A stretch of 61,997 bases of DNA, filler included, from Globobulimina sp. (taxonomy: Eukaryota), in assembly GCA_003354225.1 (NCBI GenBank). It is 16 parts of 16 records of this genome, joined end to end, with 100 filler letters (N's around TTAATTAATTAA, not from the genome) between each part and the next. Parts side by side here need not be neighbours in the genome. Positions count along the whole stretch, not along the records: positions 34,944 to 38,724 come from PIVH01002104.1; positions 38,825 to 42,604 come from PIVH01002105.1; positions 42,705 to 46,484 come from PIVH01002106.1; positions 46,585 to 50,363 come from PIVH01002107.1; 12 more parts are not named here. The stretch is one strand, 5' to 3'. Shown in pieces: positions 35,304 through 48,231 of the stretch. A program made the translations under genes and the position numbers. The notes below the pieces were generated by a model, which did not search any database, was not told the DNA's origin, and saw nothing but the letters and a program-made list of their open reading frames with translations. The stretch's first letter is position 1. Every line of letters starts with the position of its first letter.

Positions 35304-37885
35304 ATGGCAGTCTGTGACAGTGACACTTCCTTTGTTCGCAAATCGACAGCCAACGAAGGCGGATACATATCATCATTACCCGAGGAAGGATTCGTTTTAG
35401 TCTTCGAACAGGACAGCAAATGTTGCCAAGTCTTTATTGATGGCAAGAAATTGCGCTTCGATTCCAAAAAAGGGCCATTGTGGCTGGAAAAGCGGGAAAG
35501 TGCAATGAATGACATTTTGGAGAATTTGCGCAGAGCCAATATGTACTACGCATTGCGGGCATCGCGTGACGGCAATTATGTTTATGTAATAATCTCAATA
35601 TCTGCCGACAAGTCAGAGAACTGGGCAGATGACAACAATATCGATGTTATGCTGGATGCAGAAAAAGCCATTCTCGTTGGCCGCAAAAACGAAAAGTTTG
35701 CGTTGGCCCACAACACAATGTTACCAGACGACGATGAACAGTCTGTTGAATGGAAAGATTACGGCGAATTTGACAAATTACCGTTTGAAGCATGGGCTGG
35801 AATTCATATCCCTTTTGAACGGGTGATTGGCGATGTTTATCTGCGGCACCCTCCGGAGGACAGAATCATTGCTCACACATTGCATTTGCGCATAATTTAC
35901 GATGTATTGACCAGTGACTCTGAAGGTGGCGGAGCCGGCTGTTTGGTGGACAGATATTGCGCGGACAACAAACATCCATTAAAATGTTATTTCGCTCTTC
36001 ACTCTGCTTTGTATAATCCAGCCATATCGAAATCGGATTATTTAGTGAATGCATCGTGTTATGGAGCCTGGTCTGACCGTGTTGGCAATTTACGGTATAA
36101 TAATAGTAATTATTTATTTATGTAATTTAAATACCAAATATATAGAGATTATTATGGCGAAGCTATAGCATTTTACTTTGCATTTTTGCTGCATTACAGT
36201 CAGTGGTTGGTCTCTTTGGCAGTCATTGGAACGCTGTGGTTTGTGGCGCAAATATGCTTTAATGACATTATGATTTTGTACCACAACAAGTCGGTTGCGG
36301 TGATCATTGTTTTCTTGGTTTGTTTGGGCATTGTTTGGAGCACAATGATGTTAGAAACCTGGTATCGGAAAGAAAATGAATTGGTGTTCGAATGGGGAAT
36401 GATGAGATACGACGAAATTGTGACACCTTTGCCGACGTTTCAGGGCCAATTCAAAATATCTCCGTCGACGGGCGAATTTATACAAACGTATCACTCCAAA
36501 TTCTGTTATCATTTTAAGGTACGGTATTATTAATATTTTTAGTTTCTATCATATTTTTTTGTGTTGTGTGGTTGCACAGAGATTGTTCGCTTTGAGTACG
36601 ATGATATTCTGCGTAGCCATTGTGATTTCGTGTGTTTTTGGGATATGGGTTTGGAAGAAGAGCATTGAGGGCAACAAATACAACACGTACATTGGAATCG
36701 GTATAGGTGTCATCAATTCGATGCAGATACAAGTTATGAATGCGTTGTACACGAAGTTGGCGGTGATATTAAATGATTTTGAGGGCCATCGGCTGCAGCA
36801 GCAATATTATAATTCGTTGATTATAAAACGTATCACGTTCATTATTGTAAACTCATTCAATTCTTTATTTTACATTGCATTTTATGACGACAAATATGAC
36901 GAATACGACGATTCGGACGTTGCCAGATTGCAGGCATTGAGGTATGCGTTCATTATAAAACATATATTATTGCATTGCATTGCGTTCCTGCACTACTTTA
37001 AGAATACAATTGGTGACACTCTTTGTCGCTGCAATCATTATCCAGAACAGCATGGAATTATTTTGTCCTTTCCTTTGCAGCAAAATCAGCGAAAAAATGG
37101 AAGCGCGAAAACAAGCAAAAAAGCATCACGAGCACCACCACCACGGCGCATTTGGGCAAGATCTGACAGCGCCGTTTGGTGTGTCTTTGCAAGCAAAGTA
37201 TGAGCCGCTGGACCATGGCCATCGAGTGCTGGGCAGTGATGATTTGGATGAGGATGAGGATGAAAACGATGGCTTGGAATATGATATGGGAGCTCGAGTC
37301 ATGGCGAGATCGGAAGATGCCATATTCGACGATATTGAGTCTCAAATGAGTTTGATGGAATGTCCAAATATTTTGGATAATACTGCGGAAATCGTAGTGT
37401 TGCATGGATATATTATATTATTTATGGTGATCTTGCCGTTAATGCCGTTGTTGGGTGTTTTAAACAATATATTTGAACTACGGATCGATTATTATAATTT
37501 CACGCATTGTCAGCGGCCAGTACCGGTGGCTTCGAATGGTATCGGGGTTTGGAAGATGGTGTTGTCTGTGTTTAACATTGTGGCGATATTTAGCAATATG
37601 GGTTTGATCGTGTTTCGAACAGAATTGATTTTAAGAGCTGTGGAGGGCGTGGAACATGATTATGAGTGGCAATTAATTGTATTCTTTAGTTGTACGATGC
37701 TGTTATTATTCATCCAATACAGCATCAAATTTATTGTTCCCGATACTTCGCAATCTCTCCAAGAGGCTGTGATGCGGCAACAAATTTGTGAGAAACATTT
37801 GTTATTAAATAAAATCAAGATTGTTGCCAGAAGAATGGCCAAGGAAAGGAAGAAGTTCCTATCATTGGAAAATGTGAAAATATAA
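35304..37885 (+). CDS. Anoctamin/TMEM16 channel or scramblase, 3 introns
   Basis: Spliced RDYYGEAIAFYFAFL (intron 36095-36145), LETWYRKE, NDFEGHR..YYNSLIIK, VNSFNSLFYIAF, NNIFELRID, QRP, IGVW. Confidence 0.93.
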
Positions 37886-38179
37886 ATATATATATATTGT
37901 AGTTATTATAGTGTGTGTGGATTGATTTGTATTTTGTTTTATAATTTGTTTGCTTGCCACCATCGCAGTTTAGTACTGATTTAAATCTGTTATATATATG
38001 CATTCCACCTCCAATGTGATTATAAATGTGCATGGTATTAATATCATGTCATCACGCAATGAACAATAAATATATATAGCACGCTACGACGCATATTCAC
38101 ATCCAGCAAATCATTCGCATTGATGGTGTGTTATGTGGATCGATATCGTCATCCGATAGTTTGACTGTCATATAAATTC

Positions 38180-38359
38180 CTAAAATAACGACAATGAATA
38201 CGCGGTTTTAAATCCATTCAGCATTTTGTCCCAATCTGGGCATGGTTGGCCGCATTTGGTGGCTGAGATGCAATAAATTTGTCCGATGTGCATTTTGAAT
38301 TTAAATAAAGTTCCGGTGACATCCAATGTGAGTATCTTCAGCATTGGTTTCGTTGTCAT
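38180..38359 (-). pseudogene. HDHD3-like HAD hydrolase N-terminal fragment
   Basis: ILTLDVTGTL...IGQIYC...F..AY (HAD motif I), then a stop with no recognisable continuation. Confidence 0.55.
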
Positions 38360-38933
38360 TTCTTCAATCAACATTTAAATTTTCAATTTTTACTAACATT
38401 TGAGTGCTTCACTTTGTAACTAAGTATGCTGACCATGGACAATGACTCGTTGGCAAAATCCCCCAGATGGTCGAATCGATTGTGTTTTCATTGTAGAGCA
38501 CATTCCATCCATCTATTGGTGCATATTATTTGTTTATACTTATTATGCACAAATGTATGTCCGTAGAAGAGCATGAGGATAGCAATTTGTTCTTTTATGC
38601 GGCTCCGCCGCATGTGTTTCATAATTCTGCTGACAATCAATTGTATATAATAAGTATATACAAATAATATAATCAGCTCTGTTAGAAAGTATACAAAAAT
38701 CTGAAAGTTATACTTTTTTATAATNNNNNNNNNNNNNNNNNNNNNNNNNNNNNNNNNNNNNNNNNNNNTTAATTAATTAANNNNNNNNNNNNNNNNNNNN
38801 NNNNNNNNNNNNNNNNNNNNNNNNATTGGCTGGTTATTACAAAATAAATAAAGGCAAACAACTCAAATTTAATGCATCTAAACGCAATCAATTAAAATGT
38901 GTGTTATTTGAAATAAAAAAATATAATTTATCA

Positions 38934-39970
38934 ATGCCATCACCATCACGCACTCGAAATACACTCAAATCGGAATATAAACATAAAATGAAGCAATCCA
39001 AAGTTAGCAAAATTAGATCGCGGACTCACAGCGAAATTACATCGTACTCCAAATATAAACGTCAGGCACCAAAAACATTCGGTAAATACAAACTTGGAAA
39101 CGTTATTGGCAGAGGAGCCTCCGCCACAATCTATCAATGTACTGACCTAAAATCACGAGTGTATGCGATGAAATTATTTAACAAACGAAAAATGGACAAA
39201 GATGAAATCGTGGCTGCTTTGAGTGAGATAGATATATTATCCTCGCTTCCATCACATCCAAATATAATAAAATTGGTTGATGTGGTCGAAAGTGATGAAT
39301 TTATTGCTATTATTTTACCGTATTTCGAATCAGGATCATTGCTATCATTTGTCAGGGCGTTTGGCGTCGGACAAATGAGCGAAATAATGGTCAAAGCATT
39401 TATAACGCAAATATTGACAGCTCTGCAATGTGTACACAGCCACAAAATCATCCACAGAGATGTCAAAGCAGTTAAATGTATATGTTTTTGTGTTGACAAA
39501 CTGTAAAGTACTGTGGTCATATTGTGTATACGTAGGCCAATGTGCTAATTAACAATGATGGCATTTGCAAACTAACTGATTTCGGCATATCGGTTGACAT
39601 TGATATTGAAGAGAAAGAAGGGAATGAGTTTGGTAGTGCAGACGTGGAAGGGTCGCCTTTTTGGATGGCACCGGAAGTCATTGAGATGGGATCACTGAGC
39701 ACAGCCTGCGATATATGGGCAGTGGGCGCCACTGCAATTGAATTGTTTACCGGCTATCCACCGTATTCCACATTGAATCCAATGAGCGCACTATTTAGGA
39801 TCGTACACGATACACATCCCAAATTACCGCAGAATATATCGGATTTATTTAAAGATTTTTTAAGTGAATGTTTCTATAAAAATGCCAAATATAGACCCAC
39901 AGCATACGAGTTATTGAAACATAAATGGCTGAAAACTATCGAATTCGAACAAGAAAGCTTTGAATATTAA
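38934..39970 (+). CDS. STE-group kinase (Cdc15/MAP3K-epsilon-like), intron 39471-39535
   Basis: IGRGASA, spliced HRDVKAANVL, DFG, GSPFWMAPEVI, PPY..LNPMSALFRIV.D.HP. Confidence 0.9.
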
Positions 39971-40225
39971 AACAATGGAATAATTAAAAAACATCTCTAA
40001 GGCAGCACCCTTTTTGATTTTTTTTTTTTATTCAAAATATTTGAAAGAGATCTCATAGGGAGTATCCTTAAAGATTTTTATTTTTATTTTTGTAATCTAA
40101 CAATCTTTGTGCTTTCATTGGATGCAATTTGCTGCATCGTGGTAAGTGATCAAAGTGTATTATTTGTTTTGTTTTGTGTGGTTTTTTAGTTGTGCTAAGA
40201 TTTTAAAAACGTTCTTCATTGCAAA

Positions 40226-40891
40226 ATGATGCTGAAAGATTGTGACAGTGAACATATTTTTATGATTAAATTGCAAGAGTATATTCAAGACAAATCTGCA
40301 TTGCGCATTGACAATTTCTTAAACAGAAATAAAAATGAATGGAAACATGAGATTCCTGAAGGAATGATATCGTTGGCAGTTTGTACCACAACCATTCGGA
40401 ACAAAATTGAAATGAATGAGTCTCCCATTAAAACATTAAAAACACTCAAAAAATGGAACTGTGAGTTGACTGAAAATGGATGTAAATGTTTTCGATTGTT
40501 ATTATATGAATTTTATACATTGGACGACGATGACTCATTATTGAATGCTTCATTTGATATCATTGAATATTTTTTCTTCAATACCTCAGTCGATATACAA
40601 TATTTTGATTGTCGCGGTTTAGGCGAAGAGGAAAGTTTGTTGATGGTATCGAGTCCGCAATGGGTCGATTATTCCATACATAATGGATTCAATAAAATTA
40701 ATCAATTACGAGATAAAAAATTGCGCAAATTAACAATGTTTTTGCACAGTGATTGTCATCTTGAATCACCTTATAATGAAATTATTGCACAATATGTTTG
40801 GGCCGGCCATTATATTTTTCATTTTGATGAAGCAGATTATAATACACTCACTGGGGAATATAAAGATTATACAATACAAGAAGCGAAATGA
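40226..40891 (+). CDS. Hypothetical protein
   Basis: 221-aa ATG-initiated ORF in AT-rich DNA; no family recognised. Confidence 0.55.
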   Translation: MMLKDCDSEHIFMIKLQEYIQDKSALRIDNFLNRNKNEWKHEIPEGMISLAVCTTTIRNKIEMNESPIKTLKTLKKWNCELTENGCKCFRLLLYEFYTLDDDDSLLNASFDIIEYFFFNTSVDIQYFDCRGLGEEESLLMVSSPQWVDYSIHNGFNKINQLRDKKLRKLTMFLHSDCHLESPYNEIIAQYVWAGHYIFHFDEADYNTLTGEYKDYTIQEAK

Positions 40892-40933
40892 CTTAGCTAC
40901 GCATAATTAAAAAAAAAACTAGCAACAAAAACT

Positions 40934-42604
40934 TTAATGCAAATTCCATTCTTGTTTAAATTTCCCGATCATTAATGATTGCCTTTGTTTCAATGCATAA
41001 TTTTGTGTGATATCACATTGAGTCCTCAGTCCACCCACAAATTGAACCACATTCTGTTTGTTACCATTATTTATTAACCATTTTCCGATTTCAATCGTTA
41101 TTTTTTCATGCCTTTTTTGAATATATTTACCTCGTTCCGCAAATATATCAAATATTATATCCACTGTCCCATTATTATTATTTTCAATTTCTTTCACATT
41201 TAATAAATTATTATCCGTTAATTGTTTGAATATTATCAGCGATCCGCCATTAAATAAACATTTTAATCCATAATATGTATTCACAATTTCTAAGCCATTC
41301 AATTTCCATTTCCGTAGTAACTGAGTTATATTTACCATCAAATTATTTTTCATTCTCCAATTCAACGCATTAAATTTATCACAAAATCCATCAAATAATG
41401 ATAAACATAAAGAACGCACTATATTCTCCACAAAATGTTTATTTAACAGCCTCAAAACTATGCTATTCCCACTCTGTTCACATAAAACACTCCAAAAATA
41501 TTCATACAACTTACTATTCCTTGCACAACCAACATATTTCTGTTTGAATAATAATTGTAATATCTCCGTATTATGCTCATATTTTTTCATCCATAAAACC
41601 AATTCTTTCCCACTCAAACTACTCTGAATCTGTACAAGTTTAATATAAAATTTTACAAACTCAGATGAAAAATTCGTGGCAGACTCACGGACTCTGCCAC
41701 TCCAATACGCCAATAACCGACCCTCCGATGCTAATATACGCAGCATTTCAGTTAATTGACTCTCAGATTTATGCTGCCAAATATTAGCAAATGACCATTT
41801 AATCCATTCGCTATCCAAACTAAACAAAGTGTATAAATCATTGCTGTAATCACTGCCATAATCACTGCGTTTGGTTATCATTTTATCGCCGTACGCCATG
41901 GCTGTAATTATATAATACATTCCATCCACTAACAGTGGAAATTTGTTATCTTTCTCCAGCTCACAATATGCAGACCACAAATCAATTAATTTTGCATCAA
42001 AAAATATTTTATGATACACAGCAAAGGATAAATGATATAATTTATTCCGTGTGGGGTATGTATCAAACATTGGATATCCAAATTGTAATAAAACACGCAA
42101 AAAAGAAGGGGATGGGGTCTGTCTGCAGCCACATATGGATGGATAATGTTGTGTTATCTGAAAATAATTCGTTGAATGCAAATCGTGCAATAAAAAAGCG
42201 TGGAATTTAAATTTATCCACAAAGGATAATACAAATGATATTTTCTGTAAGATTTCTTGTTCATCATCGATGAAATTGAATAGGTTTGAAAATAAGCACC
42301 ATATTAACTTTAATGATAAGATATTTGTATTGTTATTTTGTACAGGCTGTAATAAGGGAAATGCGCCGTTTTCTAATAATAATACAATAATATTCCATAA
42401 TGTATTGAATTTTTTTCGAATTACGTATTTTTTTAATAAGGTGACAAATATGGATAAAGGGGTTAGATGGAATTTATATGAAACATGGGATATCCATGAA
42501 TGCGAATAATATTTATTTAATAAATTATGCTTCGTATGGATTGGTATTTGATTTAATAGGGTTTGCAACTTTGAATAGAATGATTCAATATTCAATTTGT
42601 ACAA
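40934..42604 (-). CDS. Hypothetical alpha-helical protein (5' partial)
   Basis: 556-codon ORF open to the contig edge; weak ankyrin-like IIVLLLENGA. Confidence 0.6.
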   Translation of the reverse strand: MYKLNIESFYSKLQTLLNQIPIHTKHNLLNKYYSHSWISHVSYKFHLTPLSIFVTLLKKYVIRKKFNTLWNIIVLLLENGAFPLLQPVQNNNTNILSLKLIWCLFSNLFNFIDDEQEILQKISFVLSFVDKFKFHAFLLHDLHSTNYFQITQHYPSICGCRQTPSPSFLRVLLQFGYPMFDTYPTRNKLYHLSFAVYHKIFFDAKLIDLWSAYCELEKDNKFPLLVDGMYYIITAMAYGDKMITKRSDYGSDYSNDLYTLFSLDSEWIKWSFANIWQHKSESQLTEMLRILASEGRLLAYWSGRVRESATNFSSEFVKFYIKLVQIQSSLSGKELVLWMKKYEHNTEILQLLFKQKYVGCARNSKLYEYFWSVLCEQSGNSIVLRLLNKHFVENIVRSLCLSLFDGFCDKFNALNWRMKNNLMVNITQLLRKWKLNGLEIVNTYYGLKCLFNGGSLIIFKQLTDNNLLNVKEIENNNNGTVDIIFDIFAERGKYIQKRHEKITIEIGKWLINNGNKQNVVQFVGGLRTQCDITQNYALKQRQSLMIGKFKQEWNLH

Positions 42605-42829
42605 NNNNNNNNNNNNNNNNNNNNNNNNNNNNNNNNNNNNNNNNNNNNTTAATTAATTAANNNNNNNNNNNNNNNNNNNNNNNNNNNNNNNNNNNNNNNN
42701 NNNNTCTATAAATGTTTAAAAATTACACCTTTTATATTAGCTAAAAAAAAAATGAAAAATCATTGCAAGAGATACATATCACAAAAACAACAACATAACA
42801 ACGCATGTATAATAGTTCAAAAAGTCATG

Positions 42830-45800
42830 TCAAATTTTCGTAGATATTTGTACCATCACATCATCACTATTCATATCCTGACTGGTATTCTCCTCATCAT
42901 CCTCGTCCTCTTCATCCTCATCCTCCACCTCCTCCTCCTCAGCATTGCCATTCTCAACATTCGGTTTAGGCGCCGTTTGTTGCGGCACTTGCACCGACAC
43001 TTTGCCTTTAATATTATTCCCCGATTCTTGTATCTGTTCATTATCCGACGGCACCGATTTATTTTTATTCATAAACGAGGCAAAACCGGTATTTTGCGTC
43101 AAATTGAAAAACGTTTTCTTGTTTGTAGTGGTCGCATTTGGTGTGGACGGCGACGATTTCGTAGTACGCGGCAACTTCGCTCTTAATGAGTTGAACAGCG
43201 ACTGCGGGGTTGTTTTTTTACTATTTTGTCCGTTGTGATCCTCAATAACCTCTAACTGCTGTACTTGCGCTTGAATTTGCGTACTGTCCATCTGCGGTAT
43301 AATGGTTCCAATGTTATTCTTCTGCTCGCTCTCCGTTTGCTTATTTTCATTGTCGATTTTCTCATTTTCAGTCTTAAACAAAACATTACAAAAATTGCGC
43401 AACGCCTTCATCGCCACACAACAATCAATAAAATACTTATCCTGCACCTTCCTCTGCGAAATCACCTTTGTTGTTTGCAACTGACTCGGCAAATAACTCG
43501 GAACGCCTTTCATCAAAATATAGCAAAACAAAGGCATATAATCGTCGCCTTCCGCACTGTCCGCGCCATTTATAGACGCAATTAAGGCCTCTCGTACCGT
43601 CGCGATACAATCCTCAAAATCCGCGATCGTTTTGCATGCAATCTCATCGTTGATCATCTTGATTTTATTCACCATCATCTCAACGGTTTGCGCACTTAAT
43701 CGTGGTAGTTTTATTTGTTTCTGTTTGCTCTCAGTCTCATCCGCAAGGTTCAAAAAGGCGTAAATAAATTCCTTCAAAGTGTCATATTTGTTGTTGAGTT
43801 CAATGATTTGATACTTAAATTTGCCGTCTTCAATGGGACAGCGGTTCCAAAACACCGCTTTGATTTCGAATATGATCGCGTTGACGAGCACTTTGGCGAT
43901 GCGCTTGTTGGTAAAATCGAGGACGCTGCCTCCAAATTTGCGTTTGAAGTCCACTTTGCCGATGCCATAATCGTTCAAAAAGCGGATCAACGCGTTCCTC
44001 GTTTTGGAGATGCATTTGCTGGTTTTCTGCGTCACGAACTTATCATTGCTCCAATCGCTGCCGTCGTCGATGCCGTTCACGTTGTTTACGAGGTTGTTTT
44101 GGTGGATGTTGAGCATTATTTTCTCAATTTGCGCGGTCAAAATGTTCATACTCTGTTTGCTTAGATATAGGATGTCACGCATTTGTAAGTTCTCGTGCGT
44201 TTCTGTGAAAATAATGCGCAATTCGCGTAAAATGGTCTCTTTGTTTTGGATGTAGTTCAAAGAAGACAACACGTTGTGGGTTGACAGCGCTTCTTGCAAA
44301 TTGTTGCAAAAAGTGAGTTGATACTCAGACACGATTTTGTTGAGAATCGCGTCCAAATTCTCCGCATCCAATTGCTTGATACGAGCGCGCGCCTCATACA
44401 ACAATGTGATTTGTTGCGTGTTTAGGTTCAAATTATTCTCCTCGATGTCGTACTTATTAATACACGAAACCGCCTGTGCTTGAGCCTGGGATAAGGACAA
44501 TAAAAAAACGCGGATCGGCTTAAATATAAATGGCGCCAAATAGTTTGATTTGGGCTGCTTGGTGAAATCGTCATAAATGCCGATATCTGTGCCTTTGCCG
44601 TGTGTATTATAATTAATATTCGGTAATTGGATGGTGATCCAGGGTCGATAGGGTATGCTCTTTGGAGGTAATGTGGTATTGCACAACGCGTACAATTGCA
44701 CGAAATCGTTGTTTTTAGTGCTCAAATTCAAAAAGATCTCATGCCATATAAATAATTCTGGCGTCGCGTTGCTTGGCACCAAGACGGAGGAAGGAAATAA
44801 TTGGTCGCTGGACAGCGATAATATGCCATGCAACAATTGCGTCAAAGTCGCGCCGTGTTTGTCTAATAACAGTTGGATCAAATCGTGATTTGTGGCGCTT
44901 TTCTCATCGTCTTCGGACTTTTCTGGCTGATATCGGCCACATAATTGCAACAATGTGGTGACAATGTATTGGATGTTGTTGTTGTTTTTCACTTCGTCCG
45001 AGGACGGATTACAAATTACCAAATACCAATCGTCCGGTTGTAACAATAAGGGACTGAATATAGTCGATAATAACCATTCCAATAATTGCGATTCTTTGTT
45101 GTTGACTCTCTCCTTCAACACACTGATACATTGCCGTAAGGGGATGGGCAAGAGACGTAATACCGAGATGATTACAGATAAAACGTCATCGCACACAATG
45201 TACAATGTCGACGATAAGATGTCGCTGTCTGTGGCTGTGTCGTTGTGGGGCGACACACTGCCGCTTAGCGACAATGATTCGTTGATTTTATATAAGCGAT
45301 TTAGCAAAGATCTATATAGAATTATCTGTGAAGTGCAAGGATATGTGTTTGTGTTTGTGTATATGGGCCAGACCTAAAAGTGGTATTTAATAATTTGTGA
45401 CAAGTGATGACAATGAAGAGCTGGAAGAGTTTCTGTGAGAGGGTGTTGAAATTGATTGAATGCAATAATATGGAACGTAATAGCAAAGTTAATGAGTTTA
45501 TATCCGTTAACATGATGTCAAAAGCAATACATTCGGCTAAATGGATTTCTTTGTCAAAGTATAAGGACTCTAAGGAGCCGATTTGCGGCTTGTTTTTGAT
45601 GGTGGGTAAGGAGACGATGATTTTGCTCAATTCTATGGGATGCGAATGTAAATAACATATTAATTTGCGGTAAAATAATAAGCGATCATAATCTAAGCCT
45701 TTGATGATGTTGGTGGAAGAGGATGCATTTACAAATGGATACTGTTCATTTAAATTACGGCGCATACACCATCGAAAAAAGGTTAATTCTCGACGGACGC

Positions 45801-45924
45801 TACGGGTCTCTTTTAATACACGGTCACGACATGAACGTAAGTCTTTTGATAACACACTGTGTAATTGTTGTAAATGACTGAATTTTTGCAGTTCATTGTA
45901 AAGGTTCGAGATGGTCGAACTCAT
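42830..45924 (-). CDS. VPS9-domain Rab5 GEF, GAPVD1-like, intron 45312-45373
   Basis: VPS9 core AEGDDYMPLFCYILMK..P..L.SQL. N-terminal Y.KLI.YL.SHP..L resembles a RasGAP-like region. The splice joins two ORFs in frame (FRSLLNR). Confidence 0.72.
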
Positions 45925-45983
45925 TATAGCTTGGGATATTTTCTCTCAAAAACTCCAGTCAAACATTTCAACAAAAAAAGAAA

Positions 45984-46484
45984 ATGCCGAACCAAGCCAA
46001 ACAGAAAAAAGCTGGATATCAAAAGCCTTCATCACTTCAAGACTCTGGATTTACGATAAATTTTAAAGATACACCAGAGAATGGCGGGACTTCTGCAGGA
46101 GAAATAATAAAACAATATGAAAAGGGTGGTTTTGTGCCGTTATCACCTTCTGAATTACAAGAGGTTGCCCGAACCGCACGGCAGCAGAAAGGAAAAGATT
46201 CCATGAATGTAGATTTCCATGGCATGAATTTTGAATTTAACCGTGATCATAAACCTTCAGGTTGGACTGCACAACAATATCAATATAATGAATACAATCA
46301 ACAATCGGCATATGGAGGATATTACCATCATGAACATGACATATTATATCACATAATGTATATATTACCGTTTATAATATGTGGAATAGCTTTATTTTGC
46401 ATTGTTTGCATCATTGCTGCATCCATTGGTTTTATGGCTACTAAATTGTATAGAAAACAAAAAACAGTATATAGAGAATTACCA
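45984..46484 (+). CDS. Hypothetical single-pass membrane protein (3' partial)
   Basis: ORF with TM helix ILPFIICGIALFCIVCIIAASIGF followed by a basic tail. Confidence 0.5.
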
Positions 46485-46584
46485 NNNNNNNNNNNNNNNN
46501 NNNNNNNNNNNNNNNNNNNNNNNNNNNNTTAATTAATTAANNNNNNNNNNNNNNNNNNNNNNNNNNNNNNNNNNNNNNNNNNNN

Positions 46585-48035
46585 GAAGAAGAAATAGAGT
46601 CATTAATGTCCATATTTATACTTGCAAGTTCCTCAACACACGCAGTCCCTTTATACACCAAATACCAGTACTTAGGATCCGCCCTTTTTTCACATATTCT
46701 CTCTCCTTTCTCATATTCCTGAATCACCAGCGCGTTCGCCAACAGTTCCAGTTCATAATTCAATAAACTTGAAAACAACGGAACTCCTCGCAAAAAATGA
46801 ATAATTTGTCTGCGATTTGCTTGTCGCAGCGTCGCCATCATTCTTTTATAGGTCGACCGATCCAATTCATATAAAGTGGTTGCCAGCTGTGCTTGATACG
46901 TACCATTCAAATATTTTATTTTCTGTAAATCAAATACAATGCCTTCCATACCAATGAAACTCCCACTTTGGTGCAGAGCTAATATTTTATCATCCTGCCA
47001 TTCAATAATACAGCCCCTCTCCACTAATAATAATAATGATTCGTGGCGGTCGGTTATATCAATATATTCCATTGCTTTGTACTCAATTTTACGGAAACAC
47101 TTTGCAATTAATCCTAATTGTTTTTTGAATAAACGATCAAACAATAACTGATTTTTTAATTGTTGCGCTATCCACGTACTATTTAAATCATCCATTGGCG
47201 GTGACTTCTCATCCATGGCCAGCTCTAAATTGTTATCCATATTGTTGTCATTATTTGCCATATTGATATCCGATGCATTAAATTTCAATGAAAATAATTT
47301 ATCGCCATCGCCCGGATTGTCAGTGGTTTCGTACCATGAGTCCCGATATAAATATTCAGGTCGAATGGAAGCACTGTCATTCCTTTGAATAAAAAATAAA
47401 GGCCCATCACGAAGCACGTTGAATGATTGTTTGCCTAAAACCAAAGCAGTGAGTTCAGTGCTGACTACTTTGACCGTTTTGTGATGGCGACATTTCGTTT
47501 TTGATGATAAAAATGTTTGTTCGCCACAATAATCAAATTTCGTCAACTGATTGCAAACTATGTTTTTTTCTATTAAGACGTTTGCGATGCCTTCGATGAT
47601 TATAATGAATTCTGAACATTCTGCGTTGGCTTCGATTAAGACATCACCTTTTTCATAGTTGGTCATTTCGAATGAATTGGCAATGATTGTTTTTTGTTTC
47701 TTAGTGAATAAACTCAATAAAGGAATCTCGAGTACCTTAGCAAATATTTCTGCATCGTGCGGATTTAAGGCGTCCACTAATCTCTGCACTGAGGATAATG
47801 ATGATTGTGCTGACGATTCCGTTGTGGAATCTGTGTATGTTTTGGAATTGAATGAGACCGGGGACGAGCTCATGTTTCCTGATTGGGAGCATTTCATTTG
47901 TTCTGCTTTCATCTCGTACTTGATTTTGTTTCTTCTCTTTAGCTGTGAAGAATTAGATTTTTCTGAGAATTCACCGTCATTAATGAAACAGGAACATAAC
48001 CGCTTCTTGATAAAACTCTTCAGTTTGCTTGGCAT
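46585..48035 (-). CDS. Tandem cyclic-nucleotide-binding domain protein (PKG-like N-terminus; partial)
   Basis: Three CNB repeats (IPLLS.F...Y.KGD.LI...F.II.EG; VPLFSSL...ELLA.AL...Y.KGE.I). Any kinase domain would lie beyond the contig. Confidence 0.8.
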
Positions 48036-48231
48036 GTTTATACGGAAAGATATTATTTTTTGATAACTTATGCGGCAAAATTGGAAATAATTAGCTATAC
48101 ATAGTTAGTATATCACATAATTTCATAATTGGAGGACTTTGGCAGCAGGAAGAATGGATAGTAGCTATCCAAATACTTAAAGTCTTAAAATAAAAAACAG
48201 TCAGAGTGTCAGACTTCATTACTAATAATAA

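Noticed and set aside
39998-40071. Possible tiny MITE (TAAGGCAGCACCCT ... AGGGAGTATCCTTA)
   Set aside because: The inverted repeat is short with several mismatches and could arise by chance.
42752-45377. Many antisense and overlapping short ORFs in the ORF track
   Set aside because: Shadow frames of real genes, with no family motifs.
48156-48172. Hairpin TGGATAG-TAG-CTATCCA between divergent genes
   Set aside because: A 7-bp stem is too short to distinguish from chance.
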